NCBI RefSeq assembly: GCF_001194135.2
Contig: NC_068994.1
Span: 40,159,527-40,223,526 of the forward strand
DNA from: Octopus bimaculoides
Taxonomy: Eukaryota
Length of the DNA: 64,000 nucleotides
Direction: 5' to 3'
The notes beneath the pieces are model-generated. The model saw only the letters and a program-made list of their open reading frames with translations. It made no database searches and was not told the origin of the DNA. The position numbers were made by a program, and so were the translations under genes. Position 1 is the first letter of the stretch. Each line of letters opens with the position of its first letter. Below are positions 53,030-64,000 of the stretch, piece after piece.

Positions 53030-53285
53030 ATAGATGGCTGCAATTTTACATGTCTTCTTGAGTACAGTAAATCACCACAACACTCAATCCCTTGTCATTT
53101 CCTCAGTGGGACCCAGCATCTGCAGATCCTTTCTCACTATTTCATCCCACATCTTCCTGGGTCTACTCCTTCCACAGGTTCCCTTCACAATTAGAGATCA
53201 GCACTTCTTTATGCGGCTGTCCTCATCCATACATATCACATGTCCAAACCAGTGCAGTCTTCTCTCTTGTATACTACATGGTTTT
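53030..53285 (-). mobile_element. RTE-clade LINE fragment
   Basis: RRLHWFGHVICMDEDSRIKKC; the DNA is similar to 50170-50310. Confidence 0.7.
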
Positions 53286-53727
53286 CCTCTTAAATCATTT
53301 AAATATTGGGTTAATAATACCTTGGATACAAAAAGTTGAAGTCTGCTCTTGAGATTTGAACGAACATCTCCTGTAGACAAGAAAAGTGTGCTACCATTGG
53401 ACCAAAGCAATCATTTGAATTTCTCTATCCATTTTTGATTTTCATTTTTAGAATGCCAGTCATATCTACAGATGATGTGGATTTCAATTGCCTGTGTAGC
53501 CCAGGACATTTATTTTTTATTCAAAAGGGTGTTTGACCCTATGTTAATATGTTGCTATTTGTAGCTTATCTGTTTCAAGATCCACCATTCCAAAAATGAT
53601 TTATACACACATACATGCATATATAATATACATGCATGCATACATATATATATATATATATATACACACACATATGTACATATACATATATATATGCAGA
53701 CACACACACATATATGTACATACACAA

Positions 53728-53765
<38 letters not shown>

Positions 53766-53787
53766 GTATGTACATATNNNNNNNNNN

Positions 53788-53850
<63 letters not shown>

Positions 53851-54364
53851 TGTATGTAAATATTCATATATACATACATATGTACATGTACATATATACA
53901 TATGCATACATGTATATGTACATATATATATACATATATATACATACACGCACAGATGCACCCACACATATATATATGCTCATAAGTGTGTGTGTGTGTG
54001 TGTTTGAGTCTTTCATTATGTCACTAGGAACAGTTTGCTAGATTGCCATGTATGAAAAATCAGGATTGATTATTTTATCAGGATGTTATATTTATGCAGT
54101 AATTAGTGTTTGTATTAATGGTCGCTGTGATCTTGAAAATATAGATGTAAATAGCTCTATGCATATTCATAATATAATTATATATTTGCACATGTGTGCA
54201 TATTTGAAAAACATGCAGCTTCAGCATACAGAATAACATACATGTATATATATATCTAGCATGCTTGTGCATATATTTGCCATGCATATCTATGCATGTT
54301 TATTTTATGCTTCATTTTAGAATCATAATGTTTAAGATAAAGAAAAGATTAAAATGGAAAAGAA

Positions 54365-54395
<31 letters not shown>

Positions 54396-55132
54396 GCATG
54401 GTTTAAATTATAAGTTTGCTTTATAAGAAGTATCTGTGACAATATTGATTCAGAAGTCAGCTGATTATATCAATAATGATTTCTTCTAGAATTTTAGATT
54501 ACATCGTTTATAGTTAAATATTCTGTTTAACTTTGCCTTGGCTCAACTTAGGCTTATGATAAGTTGCAATGATGTTGACTGGAGTGATGTTTAAATGATT
54601 TCATTTTTTTTTTTTTTTTTTTTGTACAAGTAGTAGAATTTAATGATTCCAATAAATTTGGTGCAAACATAATAATTATAATGATGATGATGATGATAAT
54701 AATAATAATAATAATAATAATAGTGATGACGATGATGATAATAATGATACTAATAATAATTACAATATTAATAACAATAATGATGATGATGATGATGACG
54801 ACGATGATGACGATGATGATAATGATGATGATGAAGATGATGAGCCAGCAAGTGATTGTACCAAACACGCAAATTAAAAGCAAAATAACAAAAAGATAAT
54901 AATAATAATATTAATGATAATAATAATGATAATGCCACTGTTACTTAATGTTTTTTAAATTAGAAATCTTCAACATATTTTATATAATCCTAATTAAAAT
55001 ATATAAGATTTACATTTAGTATGTATAATTACATCATTTTTGTATGCATATTTTAAAATTTGGTATTTATTTGTTTAATTTCATGTTTTAGTTTACAGTG
55101 TTATTTTTAGAAATTATATTTTAAATATATAT

Positions 55133-55530
55133 CAGGAGTGGCTGTGTGGTAAGTAGCTTGCTTACCAGCCACATGGTTCCGGGTTCAGTCCCACTGCGTG
55201 GCACTTTGGGCAAGTGCCTTCTACTGTAGCCTCGGGCCGACCAAAGCCTTGTGAGTGGATTTGGTAGACGGATACTGAAATAAGCCCTTCGTATATATGT
55301 ATATATATATGTATGTGTGTATATGTTCTGTATGTGTGTTTGTCCCCAACATCGCTTGACAACCGATGCTGGTGTGTTTAGGTCCCCGTAACTTAGCGGT
55401 TCGGTAAAAAGAGACCGATAGAATAAGTACTAGGCTTACAAAGAATAAGTCCTGGGGTCGATTTGATTCGACTAAAGGCGGTGCTCCAGCATGGCCGCAG
55501 TCAAATGACTGAAACAAGTAAAAGAATAAA
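55133..55530 (+). mobile_element. tRNA-derived SINE (third family)
   Basis: Near-full-length copy in the orientation opposite to 41920-42315. Confidence 0.9.
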
Positions 55531-55541
55531 AGAATAAAAGA

Positions 55542-55578
<37 letters not shown>

Positions 55579-55692
55579 TACATATATATATATTTACAAT
55601 ATAATTTTAAAATATATATGTATATATATATATATGTATGTATATGTATGTGTATATATGTGTATGTATATATATATATGTGTATATATGTG

Positions 55693-55737
<45 letters not shown>

Positions 55738-57965
55738 ACATAAATTGTTTAATTTTTTTTGTCGTTTTGTAAATTTTTTTATTTATATATTTTCATTTTG
55801 TTTTATTTTTGCAATTTCAATCATTTTTTTGTACAGTCTATTTTTTTTGTATAGTTAATTTATTATGAGATTCCGCTAAAGATGATAGGCAGAGTCCACT
55901 GTGATTTATAGCTCTCAGAGAATGGTGGGTTAATGATAAGTAGGTGATGTTTGTTCAGTTAATGTGAATGATAATGTACATCATAGGGTTGGTGGTATGA
56001 GATAGGCAGGGAAAGGCTGGATACACAGGAAGATGACTTTCAGAAGAATGAAACAGTTCTGATTGAGAAGGACTGAATACAGTATTGAATTGGAGGTCTG
56101 GGGAAAGGAAAGCAAATCCTATGAGTCTAGTGGGTTGAGCAATGATATACTTACCTCCCTCCCTACCTACCCACCCACCTACCTACTTACATATATACCT
56201 GCCAACCTGCTTACATACATATGTACATACACACACGCATATGTTATGAACGTACATATGTATGCATGAATGTATGTATAGACACACACACACACACACA
56301 TATGTATGAATCTATTTATGCATGCATATATTTGTATATATATATTATCATCGTCATCATCGTCGTTTAACGTCCGCTTTCCATGCTAGCATGGGTTGGA
56401 TGATTTGACTGAGGACTGGTGAAACCAGATGGCTACACCAGTCTCCAATCTGATTTGGCAGAGTTTCTACAGCTGGATGTCCTTCCTATCGCCAACCACT
56501 CCGAGAGTGTAGTAGGTGCTTTTACGTGCCGCCGGCACGAAGGCCAGTCAGGCGGTACTGGCAACGGCCACGCTCAAATAGTGTATTTTACGTGCCAGTG
56601 TGTGTGTGTGTGTGTGTGTGTGTTTGTGTGTGTGTATTTATGTAAGTGTGGGTGTGTATAAATAGATAGATAGATGGATGGGTGGATGGATAAACAGACA
56701 GATAAATATAAGCCTCAGGAACTTATGCCACATGATGTAATTTTAAAAACTCAAACCAAATATATATCATGTTCACATTCATTCAAAGAAACACCACATA
56801 TTTCTAAAAAATGTATAACCCTAAGTTTTCATTGCATATATTGACTATAGAAAATAGTTTAATATTGGTATATTACATATACTGACGCAGGAAAAAAAAT
56901 GAGTATTAGCACACATGGGTATTGAACCTAAACCTCTTATTTTCATGATAAACGTACTACCGATTACACTTAAAAGGCTTTTAAGTAAAGACTGTGTCCC
57001 ATTTGTGTTAGCAGTTCAATTCAATCACTGTTTTAAAAATTACTTCTACTCTTTTGTATAGACATTAGAGCCAGCACTAGAAGTTTTCATACTTCGTATA
57101 TGAGTATGTCTATGTAAACAATGAGATCGAAGACAGAAAAATAAGTAACGTGTGTTTACAACTACACAATGTCAAAGCAAAGACACAATAACACACACAC
57201 ACACACACAAATATACAAACACATATATATATATATATATATANNNNNNNNNNNNNNNNNNNNNNNNNNNNNNNNNNNNNNNNNNNNNNNNNNNNNNNNN
57301 NNNNNNNNNNNNNNNNNNNNNNNNNNNNNNNNNNNNNNNNNNNNNNNNNNNNNNNNNNNNNNNNNNNNNNNNNNNNNNNNNNNNNNNNNNNNNNNNNNNN
57401 NNNNNNNNNNNNNNNNNNNNNNNNNNNNNNNNNNNNNNNNNNNNNNNNNNNNNNNNNNNNNNNNNNNNNNNNNNNNNNNNNNNNNNNNNNNNNNNNNNNN
57501 NNNNNNNNNNNNNNNNNNNNNNNNNNNNNNNNNNNNNNNNNNNNNNNNNNNNNNNNNNNNNNNNNNNNNNNNNNNNNNNNNNNNNNNNNNNNNNNNNNNN
57601 NNNNNNNNNNNNNNNNNNNNNNNNNNNNNNNNNNNNNNNNNNNNNNNNNNNNNNNNNNNNNNNNNNNNNNNNNNNNNNNNNNNNNNNNNNNNNNNNNNNN
57701 NNNNNNNNNNNNNNNNNNNNNNNNNNNNNNNNNNNNNNNNNNNNNNNNNNNNNNNNNNNNNNNNNNNNNNNNNNNNNNNNNNNNNNNNNNNNNNNNNNNN
57801 NNNNNNNNNNNNNNNNNNNNNNNNNNNNNNNNNNNNNNNNNNNNNNNNNNNNNNNNNNNNNNNNNNNNNNNNNNNNNNNNNNNNNNNNNNNNNNNNNNNN
57901 NNNNNNNNNNNNNNNNNNNNNNNNNNNNNNNNNNNNNNNNNNNNNNNNNNNNNNNNNNNNNNNNN

Positions 57966-58040
<75 letters not shown>

Positions 58041-58086
58041 GATATATATATAGATATATATATATATATATATATAACATATAGTG

Positions 58087-58395
58087 GAGGTGCATGACTT
58101 AGTGGTTGGAGCATCAGGCTCGGAATCATGAGATAGTAAATTCAGTTCCCAGGCTGGGCTGTGTGTTGTGTTCCTTTCCTGTTGCTCCAGTTCACTCAGC
58201 TGTTGAAATGAGTTGGGATGTCATTGGGGCCAAGCTGTATCAGCTTTTGCCTTTCCCTTGAATAACATCGGTGGCATGGAGAGTGGAGGCTGGTATGCAA
58301 GGACAACTGCTGGTCTTCCATAAACAATTTTGCTCGGACTTATGCCTCGGAACGTAACTTTCTAGACGCAAACCCCATGGTCATTCATGACCAAA
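58087..58395 (+). mobile_element. tRNA-derived SINE (second family)
   Basis: Same body as 9411-9745, more diverged. Confidence 0.8.
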
Positions 58396-58769
58396 GGTGC
58401 AAGCTTCAGCCAGGCCAGCTCCTATCAAACCATCCCACCCATGCCAGCATGGAAGGATGATGACGATATATAGCATACTGTTCTGTAATGGTAACATCAA
58501 GAAAAAAGGTACTCTATCTGGTGAGAGATAAATATCATTTAAAAAAACACAATATATGTTTTTATGTGCTACTATTAGACTCATGTGATGAAAACAACTC
58601 AGACACCATTACAGAACACATCTGGATCATTCACATCTGACGATTGCATGAAGGCACCAGACATGTTATAAATTACTGTCTGGGTCATTTTCATCACATG
58701 AAACTATTTGTAGCTCATAAAAATATATACAGTATTTATTATTCTTTTATACTTTTATTCTTTTACGTG

Positions 58770-59125
58770 TTTCAGTCATTTGACTGTGGCCATGCTGGAG
58801 CACAACCTTTAGTTGAGCAAATTGACCCCAAGACTTATTCTTTGTAAGCCTAATACTCTTTTGCCAAACCTCTTAAGTTACGGGGACGTAAACATACCAG
58901 CATTGTGTGTCAAGCTATGGTGGGAGGACAAACGCCAACACACACATATATATACATACATACAATGGGCTTCTTTCAGTTTCTGTCCACCAAATCCACT
59001 CACAAGGCTGTGGTCAGCCCAAGGCTATAATAGAAGACACTTGCTCAAGGTGCCACGCAGTGGGACTGAACCCGGAACCATGTGGTTGGTAAGCAAGCTA
59101 CTTACCACATAGCCACTCCTACGCC
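58770..59125 (-). mobile_element. tRNA-derived SINE (third family)
   Basis: Same family. More diverged copies lie at about 12840-13260, 22990-23640 (two), 62420-62610 and 63255-63530. Confidence 0.85.
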
Positions 59126-59172
59126 TTATATATATATAAAATCAAAATAAGCAATAAGGATATCCAGAGGTG

Positions 59173-59261
59173 ATGCAGTACGATCGTTTCTTGCAACTCC
59201 ATTTAATTGAACAATGTAATCATTACATCAATTTAAAATGTAGAGCAATCCTCAGCTGCAC
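59173..59261 (-). ncRNA. Type I hammerhead ribozyme motif, left arm of the foldback
   Basis: The minus strand reads GTGCAG CTGAGGA [TTGC..long imperfect hairpin..GCAA] GAAA C GATC G TA CTGCAT. It has a 6-bp stem I, intact cores, a palindromic GAUC loop III and a GUA triplet (predicted cut between 59179 and 59178). Confidence 0.72.
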
Positions 59262-59335
59262 AAAGACATAGAATTTAATTAATTAGATGTACACATTCGT
59301 ATAATTATACCTAAAATTTCCAATTCTATGTCTTT

Positions 59336-59425
59336 GTGCAGCTGAGGATTGCTCTGCATTTTAAATTGATGTAATGATTACATTGTTCAATTAAATGGAG
59401 TTTGCATGAAATGATCGTACTGCAT
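59336..59425 (+). ncRNA. Type I hammerhead ribozyme motif, right arm of the foldback
   Basis: The plus strand reads GTGCAG CTGAGGA [TTGC...GCAT] GAAA T GATC G TA CTGCAT. The fold is the same, with a U-G pair in stem III and a U-U at the base of stem II. Confidence 0.62.
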
Positions 59426-59549
59426 TACTTCTGGATATCCTTGTTGCTTATTTTGATTTCAATCACCTTACTTTGAAATTGTATGGATAATACTGTACTA
59501 AACTCTGGTGTTAATTTGCTTCAGCTTTATATTACATTAATCGCATTTC

Positions 59550-59594
59550 GGCCAGAGTTCTTTCGTCACTCTTCTGTGACCTCATCAGTGGTCC
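59550..59594 (-). ncRNA. Minimal type I hammerhead ribozyme motif in the downstream pLTR
   Basis: The minus strand reads GGACCA CTGATGA G GTCAC AGAAGA GTGAC GAAA G AA C TC TGGCC. The CUGAUGA and GAAA cores are intact, stem II is 5 bp, stem III is 1 bp, the triplet is CUC, and stem I is GG(A)CCA/UGGCC. Confidence 0.7.
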
Positions 59595-61658
59595 TTTGCT
59601 TTCTTTATTTGTGTATCCCTCCTTACTAATGATCAGCCATTTTGTATTCCTATTGTATGTGTCTATATTTGCACATGCATATCCCTCTATGTGTGTCTAT
59701 GTTCAATAAGTGCATGTGTGTGTATGGGGAGTGCCTGCATTATCTGTATCCCCTGTTTATACATGTTCGTTTAATTAGTTTTTATTTATTTGTTCATGTG
59801 TTTATACCTAGTGTGCGTTTCTGGGGTCCAAGAACAATTGTCCACATCATCAAGTGGGCGTTGAGGACCTTTTCTCTTTCCTCATGCGCCTGTAAAGTTG
59901 TTACTTTCATATTGGCGATGTGAGGTTGCATTGCCTGGATATAGTTCGGTAAGCTGTCTATTGACATCCTGCCGGACTTATCTGTCGAAAGCATACCAAT
60001 TCTCCGTTCCTCGTGTGCTGCATGAGCTCATGTAGGCCACATGCGGGTATATTCCAGAGTTGTTGGGCCTCTGTCTTATTCTGTCTCTAAGTGTATAATT
60101 CTAAAATCTGTCTAAGTGAATTGTGCTTCCATGTGGTCATAAGTATGTCTAGAGATGCAGAGCTTTTCGTTTAAGAGTAAAGTTGTCGGGTATATATTGT
60201 AAGATTTGTCACATATGTTGAAGAACTGAGTGTCAAGGGGGTTGGTATTCATGTTGTTGGCCCTTCTGGGGTTATCTTCCTCATAACCACTACTACTATT
60301 ACCGTCGTTACTGCTACCACCATCGACCCCATTACTATTACCACCACTATTATTACTACTACCACCACCACCACTACTACTGCTGCTGCTACTACTACTA
60401 CCACTACTGTTACCACCACACCTACTACTACCACTACCGCTGTTCCTACCATTACTACTATTAGTCACTCTGATTACCACTAGTGATATTCTCGTTGTTC
60501 TTGTACCTAATGTTGGTCCCTGTCATTCCCTCCCCTCTTGTGGTTGTTGTTTCTGTTCTTAGCAGCAGCGTTTTCTGTTTCAAGTCTACTGACCACCTGT
60601 CAAACAATTCTGTTGCATTCAATTTTATTCTCCCCCGTGACCCCCATGACCTTACTTTTATTCGTGTCCTTGTGACTATGGTTATCTGTGTGTGTGTGTG
60701 TGCCTGTGTGTCCATTCCCCTTGTTATTGTTGTATTTGATTTGTTCTCTGCTTTTGTTTTTGTACCTGTTGCTTGTCTTCGTGTGTTCGTTTTTGCCGTT
60801 GTTGTTGCTGTGGTTATTGTTGTTGTACATATTTAAATTCCAACGTATTTTTGTGAACGACTTTTCGATTTCAGAGAGGCATTGGATGGTATTTACCTTA
60901 TTATATACAGCATATTTCGGTGGTAGTTGAAGTACCGATTTTTCATCTGGGTCTGTTGTTATTCCTTCATAGATGTTCGCTTCATTGTCTTTGTCAAACT
61001 CTGCTGGTAGTGGGACATCTGCCATAACAATTCCGTTTATTGTATCTGGGTACTTCTCTTTCTCTTCCTTTGCTAGTTTGTATTGCTGTTTACGTTTCAA
61101 CTACGACATTTTCTTTCTAAAGTGTCTATAGCATTGGCGTATATGTGTGTTCTCTGCGTGTATTATATTCATAAGTGTGGTTCTCTCTGTCGTGTGGTGA
61201 TGCTTCTAATTTCTCTTAATAAAATGCGCCTGCGTTTTCCTTGTTGGCGTAGTTCCTTATAGATCTTATTCTTTATATTCACCATTAGCGTCCCTTTCAG
61301 CCTTTCAGCTTGACCTTTGGTGAGTTCCAGTCTTTCCGCACTGGATGTCACTCTGATAGCATATATTTTGGAGGAGACACATAGTTTAACAAAATGAAGC
61401 TGTTGAGTCGTCACGGTTTTCCGTAGGCAACTGAATACAGTGTTTTTCAGTGTCTTGCTAGCCTGGCTAGGGCTCACGTTGTTCCGTTTATATATTTGTT
61501 TTGCAAGATTCTTGGTGTCAAATCGTGTGCTGAAACAGATATTGTTGTATTTGGGGATGGTCATGTTGCCAGTTTAGTCAATAAAAACACACGCACTATA
61601 TATTTGGTGTTAATTTGCTTCGGCTTTATATTACATTACATTACATTAATCATATTCC

Positions 61659-61703
61659 GGCCAGAGTTCTTTCGTCACACTTCTGTAACCTCACCAGTGG
61701 TCC
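61659..61703 (-). ncRNA. Degenerate hammerhead motif in the upstream pLTR
   Basis: GGACCA CTGGTGA G GTTAC AGAAGT GTGAC GAAA GAACTC TGGCC. The core has A6 changed to G and stem II has a U-G wobble. Confidence 0.55.
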
Positions 61704-61976
61704 TTTGCTTTCTTCTTTCTTATTTGTGTGTCCCTCCTTACTCAGCCATTTTGTATTCCTATTGTATGTGTCTATATTTGCGCATGCGTATCCCTCTATG
61801 TGTGTCTATGTTTTGTAAGTGCATGTGTGTATGGGGAGTGCCTGTATTATCTGCATCCCCTGTTTATACATGTTCGTTTAATTTGTTTTTATTTATTTGT
61901 TCATGTGTTTATACTTACTTTTGTTTTGTGTTTAATTTAATTTTGTTAACGTATGTAGTTATTTAATTCCATTTGT

Positions 61977-62299
61977 GGCGATCTTACGGTACGAGTCCTA
62001 AATATCGGCGTTTTCCGTAAAAAGTGTCTTCGGCGATCTTTACGAAAGATCAGCCTTTTCCATAACACCCGCACGATCTTCACTACGGTGTAAGGGCTAG
62101 GGTTTTAGTGTCAGGATTAGGGTTAGAGTTAGTGTTATGGTTAGGGACGGAATTCCCTAACCCAAACCCTAACCCTAAAACCTTAAAAATAAATCGTGCT
62201 CTCTGTATGTCTTTCGCTTTTATGACGTCGTTTCCCTGTTTCTCTCCAACACTTTTTACGGAAAAGGCCGATATTTAGGACTTGTACCGTAAGATCGCC
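61977..62299. mobile_element. MITE with about 50-bp TIRs and internal telomere-like repeats
   Basis: GGCGATCTTACGGTACGAGTCCTAAATATCGGCGTTTTCCGTAAAAAGTGT is mirrored at the right end with 2 mismatches. A degenerate TTAGGG/CCCTAA block lies at 62094-62180. No TSD was found. Confidence 0.8.
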
Positions 62300-62303
62300 A
62301 GTA

Positions 62304-62383
<80 letters not shown>

Positions 62384-64000
62384 ACATATGCATAGATATA
62401 AGTACGCATATAAGTGTGTGTTCCATCTTCCACACCACTTGCCATCCGGTGTTGGTTTGCTTACATTCCCATAACATAGCTATTCTGCAAAAAGAGACCG
62501 TTACAATAAATACCAGAATTTAAAAGATAAGTTCAAATTTAGTAGATTTATTCAAATAAACCCGTCAAGGTAGTGCCCTAGAATGGCCGCAGTCCAATGA
62601 ATGAAACGAGAGATAAAAAATATATATATACATAAAAGTTCTCCTATGGATCTGTATTAAGTATTCGTATCACATTAATTTACGCAGGCGAAGCGTCATA
62701 TCAACACTTAGGTTTAAAGTAATTCCACATTGGTGTAAGGGAGAGAACTAATTTGTGACTAAACAGACAAAACTGTATCCAGCTGATATTTCAGCGGAGA
62801 AGTCGCTCTTTCAGCCTGTATAAACGAATATAAAATGCATTGGTTTTCAAGACGATATTTCTGAGGAAATATACTGAAGTGTTTAAGAACTTGGAAGGAA
62901 TTAGTAGAATAGCTAATTAATTTTCAATTAACCTCTTTCTTGCTACATTTCCATTTAAAATTACTTATCTGATTAATTTTGAAAATAATGAAGAATTTCG
63001 CAAAATAACTTTGACTTTATTAAGCTTAGTGTTTGGGACTTAAATCAACATGAAAGTTTGCAAGAAGGTTTCATTTTTAGATCGCTTTAACATGAACTTT
63101 GCATCACAAAACCAGGAGTGGTCTCAGATAGGTTGGTAATTAAGAAGTTTTGTCTGGTATCTGTCTTGTGAGTCAATTTTGTAGATGGATGTTGTATGGA
63201 AGCCTCCCCACCGCACGCACACACACACACACACACACACAATTATTTTTTGTTTGTTTTAGCCATTGGACTGTGACCATGCTAGAGCAATCCTTTAGGA
63301 ATTTTAGTCAACCTCTACTGTTTTTATATATTTGTGTGCACGTGTGTGTGTCTGTTTTCATATTTGTGTTCCTCTGTTCCACTTGCTAATCAGTGCTGGT
63401 TTGTTTACATCCCCATAACTTAGAGGTTTGGCAAAGAGGACTGATAGAATAAGTATCGGAATTAAAAAAAAAAAACAGTATTGGGGTTGATTTGTTCAAC
63501 TCAACTCAGTATGGCTGCAGTCCAATGACTCTATCATGTGGAAGATAGATTAGAAAACTTAACCCTTTAGCATTCAGCTCACACTGTCAAATGTAATGCC
63601 TGTTTATTCACATTGCTTTGAATTAGTCATGCATCATCTCATAGCTTTTCGTTTATTCTTAAACTGACGTTATAAGGTAGGTGTGAGAGACTGGATCAAG
63701 GTAAGTGTAAGAGGCGGGATCAACGCATTGCATTCTTGAGCAAAACACTTCATTTTACATTTGTCCAGTCCACTCAGCTGCCAAAAATGAGTAATCCTGT
63801 GATGGACTGGTGTCATGAAAACCAGGAACCCAGCCCTTAATGAATCGGTATGGCTCAAGAAGGTAACTTTTTCATACCCGCTACAAAAGCTGAAGATAGG
63901 TATTTTATACTGTGTGTAATATGAGAACAGGGGGTGCAAGGGGTGCAAGTGTACCCCCTAAAATTTTGTGGGGAAATGAAAACGCTTTGAACACTCTCCT

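Larger units (their letters stand above)
7964..57966. other. Assembly gaps (N runs) at 7964-8517, 26412-26421, 28358-28803, 35514-35980, 53778-53787 and 57244-57966
   Basis: Runs of n, mostly flanked by (TA)n. Confidence 1.
59139..59459. repeat. 321-bp foldback (arms of about 137 bp, spacer of about 46 bp)
   Basis: 59139-59276 is the near-perfect reverse complement of 59322-59459 (AAATCAAAATAAGC...CATAGAATT versus AATTCTATG...GCTTATTTTGATTT). Confidence 0.9.
59506..61914 (-). mobile_element. Internally deleted Penelope-like retroelement with about 300-bp direct (pseudo-LTR) repeats
   Basis: Direct repeats at 59506-59807 and 61605-61914. Between them are broken minus-strand frames with PLE N-terminal character: VLQLPPKYAVY...EIEKSFTKIRW (60600-61100) and TDKSGRMSIDSLPNYIQAM (59794-59994, the DKG-type motif that precedes PLE RT). 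The RT core and endonuclease are absent. Confidence 0.75.

Noticed and set aside
57110-58129. Long ORFs spanning N runs (also 7819-8616, 28298-28918, 35376-36123)
   Set aside because: They are open only because N codons contain no stops.

Overview
AT-rich, microsatellite- and SINE-dense animal DNA with six N-gaps; the repeat families and the gene point to a coleoid cephalopod, most likely Octopus (inference). One host gene is clear: a minus-strand protocadherin. Its single large exon (36508-38976) encodes a signal peptide, six cadherin repeats, a TM helix and the start of the tail. A probable terminal coding exon lies about 35.7 kb away (549-826), but it is in a different intron phase, so at least one exon is unaccounted for. 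The rest is a layered transposon record: Penelope-like retroelement remnants, RTE LINE 3' ends, several tRNA-derived SINE families, and deleted piggyBac, mariner and Merlin-like elements with readable TIRs and TSDs. The most unusual signal is a cluster of four hammerhead-ribozyme motifs in 59.1-61.7 kb. Two lie in the direct repeats of an internally deleted Penelope element. The other two form the arms of a 321-bp foldback, so either strand carries a ribozyme preceded by its own antisense copy. A second foldback (51.7-52.1 kb) appears to be built the same way from a decayed hammerhead. A CpG-retaining domain (about 27.8-40.4 kb) encloses the protocadherin exon between CpG-depleted flanks. All structures were read and paired by eye; no searches or folding programs were run.
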